The notes: generated from the letters alone by a model not told the origin. A stretch of DNA of 64,000 nt from Alphaproteobacteria bacterium (GCA_963422645.2 CAXXVO010000008.1:480001-544000); one strand, 5' to 3'; shown: positions 41,378-51,886, counted from the first letter of the stretch. Translations and numbers: made by a program.

Positions 41378-42973
41378 CTAGATCGCGTCCGGACGGCGGG
41401 CGAGCGCGACCGCGCAGCCCGTAGACAAGAGCTGCCCGGCGGTCACCGCCGCATTGGTCAGCGCCGTCGCCGTCACCCGGGTCGCGTCGATCACGCCGGC
41501 CTCGCGATAGGGGCGAAAGGCGCCCTCGCGTGCGTCGAAGCCGATGTCCGCCGACGCTTCCCTCAGCGTTTCGAGGGCGATGGACGGCTCGCACCCGGCG
41601 GCGCCCGCGATGCGGCGGAAGGGCTCCTGCAGGGCACGGGCGAAGGCGCGGCGCTCGGGCTCCGCCGAACCGGCGGCACCGTCTTCGATGGCGAAGGCGA
41701 CGCGCGCGAGCGCCACGCCGCCGCCCGCGACCACACCCTCCGCCGCTGCCGCGCGGGCGGTGTTGAGCGCGTTCTCGCAGGCCTTGTAGCGCGCCTTCCA
41801 GGCGGTCTCGGTGACGCCGCCGACCCGAAGGTTGGCGACGCCCGAGACGAGCCGGGCAAGCCGCGCCTCGAGCTTGCCCCGGTCGTAGCTCTTGCGCTCG
41901 TGCTCGATGGCGTCGCGAATTTGCGCGGCGCGACGCTCCACCGCCGCCGCCTCGCCACCGCTACCAAAGATGGTGGTCGAGACCCCGTCCACGATCGCCC
42001 GCTTGGCGGAGCCGAGCGCGGTGGCGTCGACCTTTTCCGGCAACAGGCCGGTTTCCTCGCCGACCATGCGCCCGCCCGTGAGCACCGCGACGTCGTCGGT
42101 CGCGACATGGCGATAGATGCCGGACTCCGGTCCCTTCGCCGCCGCGCAATGGACCGTCCCCTCGCGGTGGTTGGTCAGCAAGGCTGCGAGCGCCTGGTCG
42201 GAGACATCCTGCGCCAGCACCAGCAGGCTCCGCTTGCCCTCGCGCGCCGCCTCCAGCGCAGGCACGACCTGGGCCGCTTCGGTCAGCTCGCCCTGGCACA
42301 TCAGCAGGAAGGGCTGGTCGAGCTTGACCTCCGTCTCGCCCGCCTTGAGCAGGAAGTTGCGCGAGAGCAGGCCGTGCTCGAAGGCCATGCCGCTCATGTA
42401 GTCGACCGTCGTATCGACGCCCTGGTGGTAGGAGATGCTGACGACGCCCTCGGGCCCTAGGCGCTCCACCGCCTCGGCCACCAGGCCCGCAATCTCATCG
42501 TCGCCGTCGGCGGCGACACCGGCGAGCTGCGCGAGCATCGCGCGGCCTGCGACCGGGCCGCTGTGCGGCTCCAGTGCCGCCAGGGCCTCGCGCGTGAGCC
42601 GCTCGAAGCCGCGCCGCACCGAGGGCGGATCGATTCCCGCCGCCACCAGGCGCAACCCGGCCTCGGCGAAAGCGCCGGCGAGCAGCGCCGTGGTGGTCGA
42701 GCCGTCGCCCACTGCATCGCGGGTCTTCTTGACGCAGGCCTTCAGCAGCTCCGTGCCGAGGGTCGCGAAGCGGTCCTCGTCCTCGAGGTCCCTGATGGCG
42801 GTGAAGCCGTCGCGGGTGAGCTCGGGGTAATCGTCCGCGCGCTCCAGCACGACGCGGCCGCCGTGAGGGCCGAGCGTCAGCCCCGCGAGCCGGGCGGTGT
42901 GCCCGAAACCCGCCATCAACGCCTCGCGGGCGTCGGCTCCGGTCTTGATGTGCTTGGGCCGCTCGAGCGCCAT
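41378..42973 (-). CDS. Divergent GroEL/Cpn60-like chaperonin
   Basis: TLGP.G..V, TRDG, GDGSTTT, EGVVAGGG, GVID; D398-equivalent is Asn; no GGM tail. Confidence 0.88.
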   Translation of the reverse strand: MALERPKHIKTGADAREALMAGFGHTARLAGLTLGPHGGRVVLERADDYPELTRDGFTAIRDLEDEDRFATLGTELLKACVKKTRDAVGDGSTTTALLAGAFAEAGLRLVAAGIDPPSVRRGFERLTREALAALEPHSGPVAGRAMLAQLAGVAADGDDEIAGLVAEAVERLGPEGVVSISYHQGVDTTVDYMSGMAFEHGLLSRNFLLKAGETEVKLDQPFLLMCQGELTEAAQVVPALEAAREGKRSLLVLAQDVSDQALAALLTNHREGTVHCAAAKGPESGIYRHVATDDVAVLTGGRMVGEETGLLPEKVDATALGSAKRAIVDGVSTTIFGSGGEAAAVERRAAQIRDAIEHERKSYDRGKLEARLARLVSGVANLRVGGVTETAWKARYKACENALNTARAAAAEGVVAGGGVALARVAFAIEDGAAGSAEPERRAFARALQEPFRRIAGAAGCEPSIALETLREASADIGFDAREGAFRPYREAGVIDATRVTATALTNAAVTAGQLLSTGCAVALARRPDAI

Positions 42974-43069
42974 GGGACGATCTTCCGCGCTACTGAGCAG
43001 CGGTCAACGGCAACGGCGCGGCCGGGGCGTTCGCCTCGGCCGCGCCGCGCCTAGTCGAAGGGGAGTGGA

Positions 43070-44428
43070 TCAGGCCGCGCTGAAGCGGTTCCACTCCTTG
43101 ATGTAGCTGGTCACGTGCGTGGGCCACACCATCCAGAACGCGATGTTGGACTGGCGCCGGGTCTTCGGGCCGGTATCGCGGTCCTTGCCCATGTACCAGC
43201 GCCGGTAGTCCTCCACGGTCAGGAAATTGAGCACCGGGTCGGGGCAGGGCGAGTAGTAGCCCTGCGGTGCGACCGCCGAGCCCCACCAGCCGTCGAGGCA
43301 CCAGTCCATATAGGCCATGGCGACCTCGGGCTCAGGCGCTTCGCTGGAGAGGCACATGGTGTGGACCCAGGCAGCGGTGCCTTCGAAGACGTCGACGTAC
43401 CAGCACGGGATGCCGCGCTTCTTCACGTCCTCCACCACCGGGTTCCAGCAGTCCATGCCCCACACCTCCTCGGAGGCAAGCAGGTTCACGGCCTCGCCGT
43501 AGTTGTTCCAGATGAGGCGGAACACGCCGTCGTTCTTGGCGGCGATGAGGTAGTCCACCACACCCGCTATCTCGTCGGGCTCCATGTCGGAGTTGCCGAC
43601 CTTGGGCGGGTCCATGATCCCGTTCTTCCAGAGGAAGCTGTAGGCGCGGGGCGGCCCCATCAGCTCGTCGTTCTGAATCGAGGTCTTGCCGGTCGCATCC
43701 ACGTCGCGCCACTTGCCGGTGTAGAGCAACCCTAGCGAGTCGGGAATCGCGAAGTCCGGCTGCGTGGGCGCGAACTTGTGCGGCAGCACGCCGAGCGCGT
43801 CCATGTTGTAGAACTGCGGCACGCCGTAGAAGGAGTCCTTGTTCTCGTCCCAGTAGACGATGTTGGAGGGCCAGCCGGTTACGTCGTCGGCACCGATGTG
43901 GCCGGGCTGGGTGTAGAGCGAATCGGCGAACTCCCAGTTGGTGATCTTCTCCGCCGGGATCGGCACGATCACCTCGGCCTCCCGCAGCGCCGGCTGGCGG
44001 TAGGCGTTGGTCTCGATCATCGAGTAGGTCTTGTTGCCGCCGGTGATGAACTTGGTGATCATCTCGCTCAAGCCGGCCACCGTCCCCGACACGTCGAGGT
44101 TGGTGTCCTCCTTGAACCTGTTGAAGAAACGCTCCTGCACCGAGACCCCGAGGCCGATGGTCTGCATCGGGTCTTCCTGGGTGATGCCGGCGATGCGTTC
44201 CGCAAGGCCCGCACGCGCGCTGCCGGTGCCGAGCACTGTGCCGGCTGCAGCCGCCGTCGCGCCAGCCGCGGCGAGGAAGGTGCGGCGGTCGATTCCTCCG
44301 CCCTCCGACTCCTCCGCCTCGGCATCGCGGAAGCGCTTGATCGCCTTTTCTTCCGCCGCCATCGCGGTATGGAGATCCATCCGGTCGGATAGACTCTCGT
44401 ACTTCTTCTCGAGATGCTTGCTGTCCAT
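43070..44428 (-). CDS. PotD-like ABC substrate-binding protein with Tat signal
   Basis: RBS GGGAGGAG before ATG 44428; DRRTFL twin-arginine motif. Confidence 0.8.
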   Translation of the reverse strand: MDSKHLEKKYESLSDRMDLHTAMAAEEKAIKRFRDAEAEESEGGGIDRRTFLAAAGATAAAAGTVLGTGSARAGLAERIAGITQEDPMQTIGLGVSVQERFFNRFKEDTNLDVSGTVAGLSEMITKFITGGNKTYSMIETNAYRQPALREAEVIVPIPAEKITNWEFADSLYTQPGHIGADDVTGWPSNIVYWDENKDSFYGVPQFYNMDALGVLPHKFAPTQPDFAIPDSLGLLYTGKWRDVDATGKTSIQNDELMGPPRAYSFLWKNGIMDPPKVGNSDMEPDEIAGVVDYLIAAKNDGVFRLIWNNYGEAVNLLASEEVWGMDCWNPVVEDVKKRGIPCWYVDVFEGTAAWVHTMCLSSEAPEPEVAMAYMDWCLDGWWGSAVAPQGYYSPCPDPVLNFLTVEDYRRWYMGKDRDTGPKTRRQSNIAFWMVWPTHVTSYIKEWNRFSAA

Positions 44429-44493
44429 GGTCTCCTCCCTGTGTAGTCTCCGTTGCCTGTTCGGGCCGGTCCGGGCGCCGCCGGGCCGGCATA

Positions 44494-45375
44494 CTAAACC
44501 CGATGCTCCTCCTGCCCCGTGAAGCGAGGCCGGTAACGGCTCGCGGTCATCAGGTAGCCGAAGATCCCGATGACCGCGAACGAGATCAGCGTGATGATGA
44601 CGCCGACCGCGAAGATGCGCGGCGTGATGCGGATCGTGGTCGCGCCCAGCACGTCCAGCGGCAGCGTGTTCTGCGATCCGGACACCAGAACGGTGCGGGC
44701 GAATTCGTCGAACGAGAGTGTGAAGCCGAAGAGCGCGGACGCCATGATACCCGGCTTCATGATCGGCAGCGTGATGTGCCAGAAGGTGCGCCAGCTGTTG
44801 GCGCCAAGGCACATTGCCGCCTCCTCCGTTGAGCGGTCGAAGCGGCTGAACACGGTCAGCATCACGATGAAGCAGAAGGGGAAGGTCCAGAGGATGTGGA
44901 CCGGCAGCGTGGTGCCCAGCCAGTGCTTGTCGATGCCGATGCCCTGCCAGAAGAGCGCGTGGCCCAGCCCCACCGTGACGCCCGGGATCATGATGCCGAC
45001 CAGGTAGAGGTAGAAGATCGGCCCGGCGCCCAGGAAGCGCGCGCGCATCGCCTGCGCCGCCATCGTCGCAAGCACCGTCGAGATGCACATGACGAGGAGT
45101 GCCAGCACCAGCGAGCGCAGGCCGGCATTGCCGAAGTCGCCCACGTATTCGCCGATGTCCCGGGCCGTGCCCGAGGGGTTGAAGAGCCGCTCGTACCAGA
45201 AAGGGCTTGTCCCCTGCATGGGGAAGGTCGGCCCGCCGTCCTCGCCCTGGAAGGAGAGGATCACCATGACGATGAAGGGCCCGTAGAGCATCAGCACGAA
45301 GACCACCACGTAGACCGCGAGGACGATTTTCACCCAGCCGAACTTGGCGACGTGATAGCTGGTGGGCTCAGGCAC
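44494..45375 (-). CDS. ABC permease (PotC-like)
   Basis: EEAA.CLGA EAA motif, FTLSFDEF. Confidence 0.9.
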   Translation of the reverse strand: MPEPTSYHVAKFGWVKIVLAVYVVVFVLMLYGPFIVMVILSFQGEDGGPTFPMQGTSPFWYERLFNPSGTARDIGEYVGDFGNAGLRSLVLALLVMCISTVLATMAAQAMRARFLGAGPIFYLYLVGIMIPGVTVGLGHALFWQGIGIDKHWLGTTLPVHILWTFPFCFIVMLTVFSRFDRSTEEAAMCLGANSWRTFWHITLPIMKPGIMASALFGFTLSFDEFARTVLVSGSQNTLPLDVLGATTIRITPRIFAVGVIITLISFAVIGIFGYLMTASRYRPRFTGQEEHRV

Positions 45376-45378
45376 GGC

Positions 45379-46284
45379 TCAGAGCTCCCGCCGCAGATTG
45401 ACGAACTGGAAGATCAGCACGATCACCGGGATCGAAACCAGCACCATGACCACCGCCACGGCGGACGCCGCGGGCCACTGCAGCAGGCCTTGCTGCTGGA
45501 TCAGCACGTTTGCCAGCATGGTCGTCTTGCCGCCGCCGATGAACTTCTGGATCGCGAACTCGCCCATCATCACGACGAAGACGAAGAGGACTCCTGTCGC
45601 GAGCCCCGGCTTGGTCAGCGGCACGATGATCTTCCAGAAGGTGGTCCAGGCCGAGGCGCCGAGGTCGCGCGCCGCCTCGATCACCTGGCGGTCGATCTTG
45701 GCCATGGAGAAATAGATCGGCCCGATCATGAACACCGACCAGATGATCGCCATGGAGAACACCATGGAGGGTTCGCTGTAGAGCAGGATCTCCGCCGGCT
45801 CGTCGATGATGCCGAGCCCCATGAGGATCTGGTTGATCAGGCCCTTGCGGCCGAGCAGCGGCAGCCACGCCACCATGCGGATCAGCGCGCTGGTCCAGAA
45901 GGGCACGATGCAGAGCAGCAGAATGTAGAGCTTGAGCCGCTCGCTCTTGACGAAGAAGCAGACGTAGTAGGCCACCGGATAGCAGAGCAGCACCATCAGC
46001 GGCAGCACGATGAGCGCGATCAGGAAGGTGAAGCCCAGGGTCTGCAGGTAGGTCGCGGTGGAGAAGAACTCGATGTAGTTGTCGAGCACGAAGCCCGGCT
46101 TCATGCCGTAGGCCCAGGGCTTGTAGAAGCTGAAGACCACCACCGAGACCAGCGGGATGCCGCAGAAGAGCGCCATCAGGAAGGTCGGCGCGGCGACCAG
46201 CAGAAGGGCCTGGCGCGCGCGCTTCTTGGTCAGCGTCATCCCGGACGAAACGGCCGGGACCGGAGCTTGCGCTACGTCCGTCAC
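45379..46284 (-). CDS. ABC permease (PotB-like)
   Basis: PFWTS.LIR, IEAARDLGAS. Confidence 0.9.
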   Translation of the reverse strand: MTDVAQAPVPAVSSGMTLTKKRARQALLLVAAPTFLMALFCGIPLVSVVVFSFYKPWAYGMKPGFVLDNYIEFFSTATYLQTLGFTFLIALIVLPLMVLLCYPVAYYVCFFVKSERLKLYILLLCIVPFWTSALIRMVAWLPLLGRKGLINQILMGLGIIDEPAEILLYSEPSMVFSMAIIWSVFMIGPIYFSMAKIDRQVIEAARDLGASAWTTFWKIIVPLTKPGLATGVLFVFVVMMGEFAIQKFIGGGKTTMLANVLIQQQGLLQWPAASAVAVVMVLVSIPVIVLIFQFVNLRREL

Positions 46285-46344
46285 CTGGCCTTCGCCCCGC
46301 CCGTCATGGCTGCCCGTGCTCCAGTGCCGGTGTGGTCCGGGCGC

Positions 46345-47427
46345 TCACTCGAACACCACCAACGCATCGCCGGTGTTCCAGCCCACCCTCACCTTGTCGC
46401 CGTGGCCGAGCGCGGTGATCACCGCCGGCGGCTCGTGCTCGTCGACGCGGATCGAATCGCCGCTCGGCAGGTCGACGTTGAACTCGATCTGCGAGGTTTC
46501 GAAGATGGAGAACGACACCTCGCCCTCGACCGTGTTTTCGGGCGTCTCGCCGTTGAGCAGCAGGTTGGTCAGGCTCGCCCGCACCACCACGTGGCAGTCC
46601 TTGCGCGCCGGCGCGTCGTCTCCGATCCGCGCGCGGAAGGTGCCGGCCGGCCCGGTGACGGTGGCGATGCCCTTCTCCACGCCGGTGATATCGCCCGCCA
46701 GGATGTTGTTCTTGCCGACGAACTGGGCGACGAAGAGGTTCTTGGGGCGGTGGGTCACGTCCTCCGGCGGGCCGATCTGCTCGATCCGCCCCTGGTTCAT
46801 GATCACCACCCGGTCGGAGACCGCGAAGGCCTCGGTCTGGGTATGGGTGACGTGCACGAAGGCGACGCCGAAGTCGGTGTTGAGGCGGCGCAGCTCTCGC
46901 TGCATCCGCAAGCGCAGATTCGCGTCGAGCGAGCCCAGCGGCTCGTCGAGCAAGAGCACGTCGGGGCGCGTGACCAGCGCTCGCGCGAGGCCTACGCGCT
47001 GCTGCTGGCCGCCTGAGAGTTGCTGGATCGCGCGGTCGGCCAGTTCATCGATATCCACGGCGCGCAGCATCTCCAGCGCGCGCTGGGTCCGCTCCGCCGA
47101 CGAGACATTGCGCATGCGCAGGCCGAACTCGACGTTCTGCGCCACCGACATGTGCGGGAAGAGCGCGAAGTGCTGGAACACCATGGCGGTGTTGCGCTCG
47201 TGCGGCTCCAGGTGCGTGCAGTCGCGCCCGGCGATCAGGATCTGGCCATCCGTCGGTTCCTCGAAGCCGGAGATCATGCGCAGCGTGGTGGTCTTGCCGC
47301 AGCCCGACGGGCCGATGAAGGAGATGTACTCGCCTTGCGCGATGTGGAGCGTCATCTCGTCAACGGCGAGGATATCCCTGCCGAAGCGCTTGGTGACGTT
47401 GATCAGATCGACGGCGATGTCACTCAT
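46345..47427 (-). CDS. ABC ATP-binding protein (PotA-like)
   Basis: GPSGCGKT, LSGGQQQR, LLLDEP. Confidence 0.92.
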   Translation of the reverse strand: MSDIAVDLINVTKRFGRDILAVDEMTLHIAQGEYISFIGPSGCGKTTTLRMISGFEEPTDGQILIAGRDCTHLEPHERNTAMVFQHFALFPHMSVAQNVEFGLRMRNVSSAERTQRALEMLRAVDIDELADRAIQQLSGGQQQRVGLARALVTRPDVLLLDEPLGSLDANLRLRMQRELRRLNTDFGVAFVHVTHTQTEAFAVSDRVVIMNQGRIEQIGPPEDVTHRPKNLFVAQFVGKNNILAGDITGVEKGIATVTGPAGTFRARIGDDAPARKDCHVVVRASLTNLLLNGETPENTVEGEVSFSIFETSQIEFNVDLPSGDSIRVDEHEPPAVITALGHGDKVRVGWNTGDALVVFE

Positions 47428-47739
47428 GCCGCTCCCTACCGTCCCCGTGCCTCCCGGCCGCTGCGCGGCCGTGTCTCGTTGGCCCTGTCGCAAGTCATTG
47501 CTGTTATTACATTCTCACTCGGACCAAGGTTGAGTCTAACTGCCGTCGAAGCGCGCCGTCAACACGAGCGCCCGACCAGCTCCTCACAGGGCCAACGTCA
47601 GCAACAGAAGCGGACGATCAACGTGCTACCAAAATCGGCAGAACACACGTGCCAGGGACAGGCCGCCCGTGGAGGCCGCTTGATCAGGGCCGGAGTCGCA
47701 AGCTAGTGTGCGCCGCTTTACTCAGGGGCGTGGGGCGCC

Positions 47740-48762
47740 ATGACAGCCGTACCGGGTTTCGTCGAACTAATCGGAAACACGCCGCTGGTCCGCCTGCACG
47801 GCCCGTCCGAGGCCACCGGCTGCGAGATCCTCGGCAAGTGCGAGTTCCTGAACCCCGGCGGCTCGGTCAAGGACCGCGCCGCGCTCTTCATCGTGCGCGA
47901 TGCCGAGCGGCGGGGCGTGCTGAAGCCCGGCGGTACCATCGTCGAGGGCACCGCCGGCAACACCGGCATCGGGCTCGCGCTCGTGGGCAACGCACTCGGC
48001 TACCGCTCGGTGATCGTGATCCCCGAGACCCAGAGCCAGGAAAAGAAGGACATGCTGCGGCTCTGCGGCGCGGAGCTGATCCAGGTGCCGGCGGTCCCCT
48101 ATCGCGATCCCAACAACTACGTGAAGTATTCGGGCCGCCTCGCCGACGAGCTCGCCGCCAAGGAGCCGAATGGTGCGGTCTGGGCCAATCAGTTCGACAA
48201 CGTGGCCAATCGCCAGGCCCATTTCGAGACGACGGGGCCCGAGATCTGGGAGCAGACCGGGGGCAAGGTCGACGGCTTCATCTGCGCCGTCGGCACGGGC
48301 GGCACGCTTGCCGGAGTCGGCATGGCACTCAAGGAGCGCAATCAGTCGGTGACGATCGGGATTGCGGACCCGATGGGGGCCGCGCTCTACAATCACTACG
48401 CCCACGGCGAGCTCAAGGCGGAGGGCAGCTCGATCACAGAAGGGATCGGGCAGGGCAGGATCACGGCCAACCTCGAGGGCGCGCCGATCGACGTGCCCTT
48501 CCAGATCCCGGATGCGGAGGCGCTGCCCGTGATCTTCGATCTGGCGCAGAACGAAGGCCACGTCATGGGCGGCTCGACCGGGATCAACGTGGCCGGCGCG
48601 ATCCGGCTGGCCAGGGAACTGGGCCCCGGCCACACCATCGTCACCGTGCTCTGCGACTACGGCACCCGCTATTTCAGCAAGCTCTTCAACCCCGCGTTCC
48701 TGCGCGAGCGCGACCTGCCGGTGCCGCCCTGGCTCGACGACGCTACCGATGCCGCCGACTGA
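47740..48762 (+). CDS. cysK: Cysteine synthase A
   Basis: NPGGSVKDR, GTAGNTG, GTGGT. Confidence 0.92.
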   Translation: MTAVPGFVELIGNTPLVRLHGPSEATGCEILGKCEFLNPGGSVKDRAALFIVRDAERRGVLKPGGTIVEGTAGNTGIGLALVGNALGYRSVIVIPETQSQEKKDMLRLCGAELIQVPAVPYRDPNNYVKYSGRLADELAAKEPNGAVWANQFDNVANRQAHFETTGPEIWEQTGGKVDGFICAVGTGGTLAGVGMALKERNQSVTIGIADPMGAALYNHYAHGELKAEGSSITEGIGQGRITANLEGAPIDVPFQIPDAEALPVIFDLAQNEGHVMGGSTGINVAGAIRLARELGPGHTIVTVLCDYGTRYFSKLFNPAFLRERDLPVPPWLDDATDAAD

Positions 48763-49468
48763 ACTGCTGTTTCGCGCCGAGCCCTACACCCGCACTTGCG
48801 AGGCAAGAGTCAGCGCGGTAGAGGGCGAAGCGGTGCGGCTCGACCGCACGGTCTTCTACCCCGAGGGCGGCGGGCAGCCCGGCGATACCGGGATCCTGCG
48901 GACGGACGACGGCACCGAGATCGCAGTGCGCAACACGCGCAAGGGCAAAGACGCCGATGACGTCCTGCACCTGATCGACCCCGACTCCGCGCCGCCGGCG
49001 CCGGGAAGCCGCGTGGTAGCCGAGTTGGACTGGGAACGCCGCTATCGCCACATGCGCATGCACACCTGCCTGCATCTGCTGAGCGCCGTGATCGACGCGC
49101 CGGTGACCGGCGGGCAGCTTTCGGCAGAAAAGGGCCGCCTCGACTTCGACGTCGACACCAAATTGGATAAAGCCGCGGTCCAGGATGAGCTCAACGCACT
49201 CATCGCGCGGGACTTCCCGGTTGCCGCGCGTTGGATCAGCGACGAGGCGCTCGCGGCGCAGCCGGAGCTGGTGAAGACCATGCGGGTAAGGCCCCCCAGC
49301 GGCCAGGGCCGGGTCAGAGTGATCGACGTCGAGGGGATCGACCTGCAGCCCTGCGGCGGCACCCACGTCGCGCGGACAGGCGAGATCGGCCCGGTCATCG
49401 TCCGCAAGATCGAAAGCAAGGGCCGGCACAACAGGCGCGTCTCGCTCGCGTTCGGAGACCCGGCATGA
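48749..49468 (+). CDS. Alanyl-tRNA editing protein AlaX
   Basis: FYPEGGGQPGD, HTCLH, CGGTH. Confidence 0.92.
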   Translation: MPPTELLFRAEPYTRTCEARVSAVEGEAVRLDRTVFYPEGGGQPGDTGILRTDDGTEIAVRNTRKGKDADDVLHLIDPDSAPPAPGSRVVAELDWERRYRHMRMHTCLHLLSAVIDAPVTGGQLSAEKGRLDFDVDTKLDKAAVQDELNALIARDFPVAARWISDEALAAQPELVKTMRVRPPSGQGRVRVIDVEGIDLQPCGGTHVARTGEIGPVIVRKIESKGRHNRRVSLAFGDPA

Positions 49469-50331
49469 GCGAGGCCGAGATAGCGCTCATCGTGTCTCCG
49501 GCATGGCTGGCCGCAGAAGGCGGCGCGGGCAGTGCGGTGCGGGTGCTGGACGGCTCATGGCACCTGCCGCCCCTGGCGCGCGATGCGGCCGCCGAGTTCC
49601 TGGAGGCGCACATTCCGGGCGCGGCCTTCTTCGATATCGACGGAATCTGCGATCCCGACTCGTCACTGCCGCACATGCTGCCGTCGCCGGAGCTCTTCGG
49701 GCGCAGCGTCTCGGCGCTGAGCGTCGGCAATGACTCACACGTCGTCGTCTACGACACCTTGGGCCTCTACAGCGCGGCGCGCGTGTGGTGGATGTTCCGC
49801 GTTTTCGGGCACGAGCGTGTTTCGATTCTCGCCGGCGGCTTGCCGCGCTGGCGGGCGGAAGACCACTCGGTGGAGAGCGGGGAGCCCTCGATCGCACAGG
49901 GATCGTTCACGGCGCGGGCCCGTGACGACACGCTGGTTCGCTCGTTCGACCAGGTCCGCGCCACGCTCGGCACAGAGAGCGCGCAGATCGTGGACGCACG
50001 CGCTGCCGCCCGCTTCACGGGCGAGGATCCGGGGCCGAGGCCCGACCTGCCGCGCGGTCACATTCCCGGCAGCCGCAACGTCCCCTTCGACGCCGTCCTG
50101 GACGATGACGACGGCGCGCTGGGCAACGCGGCGGCGATTCGACGCGCCTTCGCCGATGCCGGGGTCGATCCCGCCCGGCCGATTATCGCCACCTGCGGGT
50201 CCGGCATCACGGCGTGCACGCTGGCGCTCGCGCTCGCCGCAATCGGCGCCGAGCAGGTCGCCGTCTACGACGGCTCCTGGACCGATTGGGGCAGCCGCTT
50301 GGACGCCCCGGTCGAAAGCGGCCCAGCTTAG
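49465..50331 (+). CDS. sseA: 3-mercaptopyruvate sulfurtransferase
   Basis: HIPGA.FFD, TCGSGITA, YDGSW. Confidence 0.92.
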   Translation: MSEAEIALIVSPAWLAAEGGAGSAVRVLDGSWHLPPLARDAAAEFLEAHIPGAAFFDIDGICDPDSSLPHMLPSPELFGRSVSALSVGNDSHVVVYDTLGLYSAARVWWMFRVFGHERVSILAGGLPRWRAEDHSVESGEPSIAQGSFTARARDDTLVRSFDQVRATLGTESAQIVDARAAARFTGEDPGPRPDLPRGHIPGSRNVPFDAVLDDDDGALGNAAAIRRAFADAGVDPARPIIATCGSGITACTLALALAAIGAEQVAVYDGSWTDWGSRLDAPVESGPA

Positions 50332-50342
50332 AGGGGCGCACG

Positions 50343-51302
50343 ATGCTGCTGAGGAGAAGGGACTTCACCATCGGAGCCGCCATGGTGGCTGCGTTGCCCC
50401 TGGTTTCGGCCGTCAGGGCTGCGACGCTGGAGGCCAAGAGCGAGCCCCGGTCCGGCGACATGATCGGCACGCTCAGGCATATCGTCGCCACCTACGAGGA
50501 CACTCTGCTCGATCTCGCACGCGCCAACGGCCTGGGGTACGTCGAGATGATCGCGGCCAACCGCGGCATCGACCCCTGGGTCCCCGGCGAAGACACGCCG
50601 ATTGTGCTGCCCACCGCTCACATCCTGCCGGACGCCGACCGTGAGGGGCTGGTCGTCAACCTCGCCGAGCATCGCCTCTATTACTTCGGGCCCGAAGGCA
50701 CAGAGCCCACAACCTTCCCGCTCGGAGTGGGAAGAGAGGGTTGGGCGACGCCGCTCGGCACCACCGAGATCGTGCGCAAGAAGGAAGGACCCGCCTGGTA
50801 CCCGCCGGACTCCATCCGTGCCGAGAATCCTAATCTGCCCAAGGTTGTGCCGCCGGGCCCCAACAATCCGCTCGGCAGCCATGCGCTCTACTTCGATTGG
50901 CCCCTCTATCTCATTCACGGCACGAACATGCCGTGGGGCGTCGGGCGGCGGGTAAGCCACGGCTGCATTCGTCTCTATCCTGAGGATATCGCGCAGCTGT
51001 TCGAGCTCGTGCCGGTCGGCACCCCGGTCCAGGTCATAAGCCAGCCGATCAAGATCGGCTGGTATGACGGCGAGCTCTATGTGGAGGCGCACCCCGAGGC
51101 CGAACAGGCGGACGAGCTGGAGAGGACAGGGCAGATCGAGAGCGTCGACGTGCGCTCGCGCGCCGACGCCCTCTACCGAATAAAGGCGCAAGCAAGTGCA
51201 GACCAGGATCGACTGGACTGGCAGCTCATCCGCAGGGCTCTAATGGAACGGTCCGGCGTCCCTGTCCAAGTCACCGTGGACCGGTCTACGACTCCCGGCT
51301 AG
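50343..51302 (+). CDS. L,D-transpeptidase (ErfK/YbiS family)
   Basis: PGPNNPLG, IHGTN, SHGCIRL. Confidence 0.92.
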   Translation: MLLRRRDFTIGAAMVAALPLVSAVRAATLEAKSEPRSGDMIGTLRHIVATYEDTLLDLARANGLGYVEMIAANRGIDPWVPGEDTPIVLPTAHILPDADREGLVVNLAEHRLYYFGPEGTEPTTFPLGVGREGWATPLGTTEIVRKKEGPAWYPPDSIRAENPNLPKVVPPGPNNPLGSHALYFDWPLYLIHGTNMPWGVGRRVSHGCIRLYPEDIAQLFELVPVGTPVQVISQPIKIGWYDGELYVEAHPEAEQADELERTGQIESVDVRSRADALYRIKAQASADQDRLDWQLIRRALMERSGVPVQVTVDRSTTPG

Positions 51303-51339
51303 CCGAGGATGGGCGGCGAGAGTTGGCCGCCCGCCGGCT

Positions 51340-51648
51340 CTACTTGCGCATCCCTTTCTGGAAAATGCGGTCCGCCTTGTCCGCGGCCGCCTGTGCGGCC
51401 TCAGCCGCAGCCTCCGCCGCCGCTGCTGCCGCCTGCGCGCTCTGGCTGGCGCCATCCACAGCGGCTCGCAGCTCGTCTACGGCGACCAAGGCCTGGTTGG
51501 CCGTTTGCATGGCCTCCGCCGCCATCGCTTCGGCGCCCGCAATGGCGGCTGCCGCTTCCTCTTGCTGCGCGGTTGACTGGCACCCCGCAGCGACTGCCAA
51601 CGGAAGCGCGACAATCGCAATCCGCATGGCCCACGATCTCTTGAGCAT
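51340..51648 (-). CDS. Lpp/OprI-like alanine-zipper lipoprotein
   Basis: Lipobox AAGC, Ala-rich coiled coil, C-terminal Lys; convergent with the L,D-transpeptidase. Confidence 0.8.
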   Translation of the reverse strand: MLKRSWAMRIAIVALPLAVAAGCQSTAQQEEAAAAIAGAEAMAAEAMQTANQALVAVDELRAAVDGASQSAQAAAAAAEAAAEAAQAAADKADRIFQKGMRK

Positions 51649-51886
51649 AGCCCCCTCCTGGCTCCAATGGGTCGCTGCGGAGTTGACGGCGATTCGGCCA
51701 ATAGTGTCAAGGTGACTCTCCGTAACTGCCCAGGTACCCCCTCTCTCTTATGGAACAAGCCAGTTCCTTTTGCGTCAACGCCCCCACGCCGCGGGGGTGC
51801 CTACTCTCTTGAGCGCGAGAGGATGATGAACGCCGCGTCGCGAACAAGATGAGAGGACAGCGATACTCAGGATGAGCCGGAGAAGT

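Noticed and set aside
51722-51740. GGTACC in the element D TIRs as the MTase target
   Set aside because: The related MTase-bearing element C lacks it at its right end, so there is no supporting evidence
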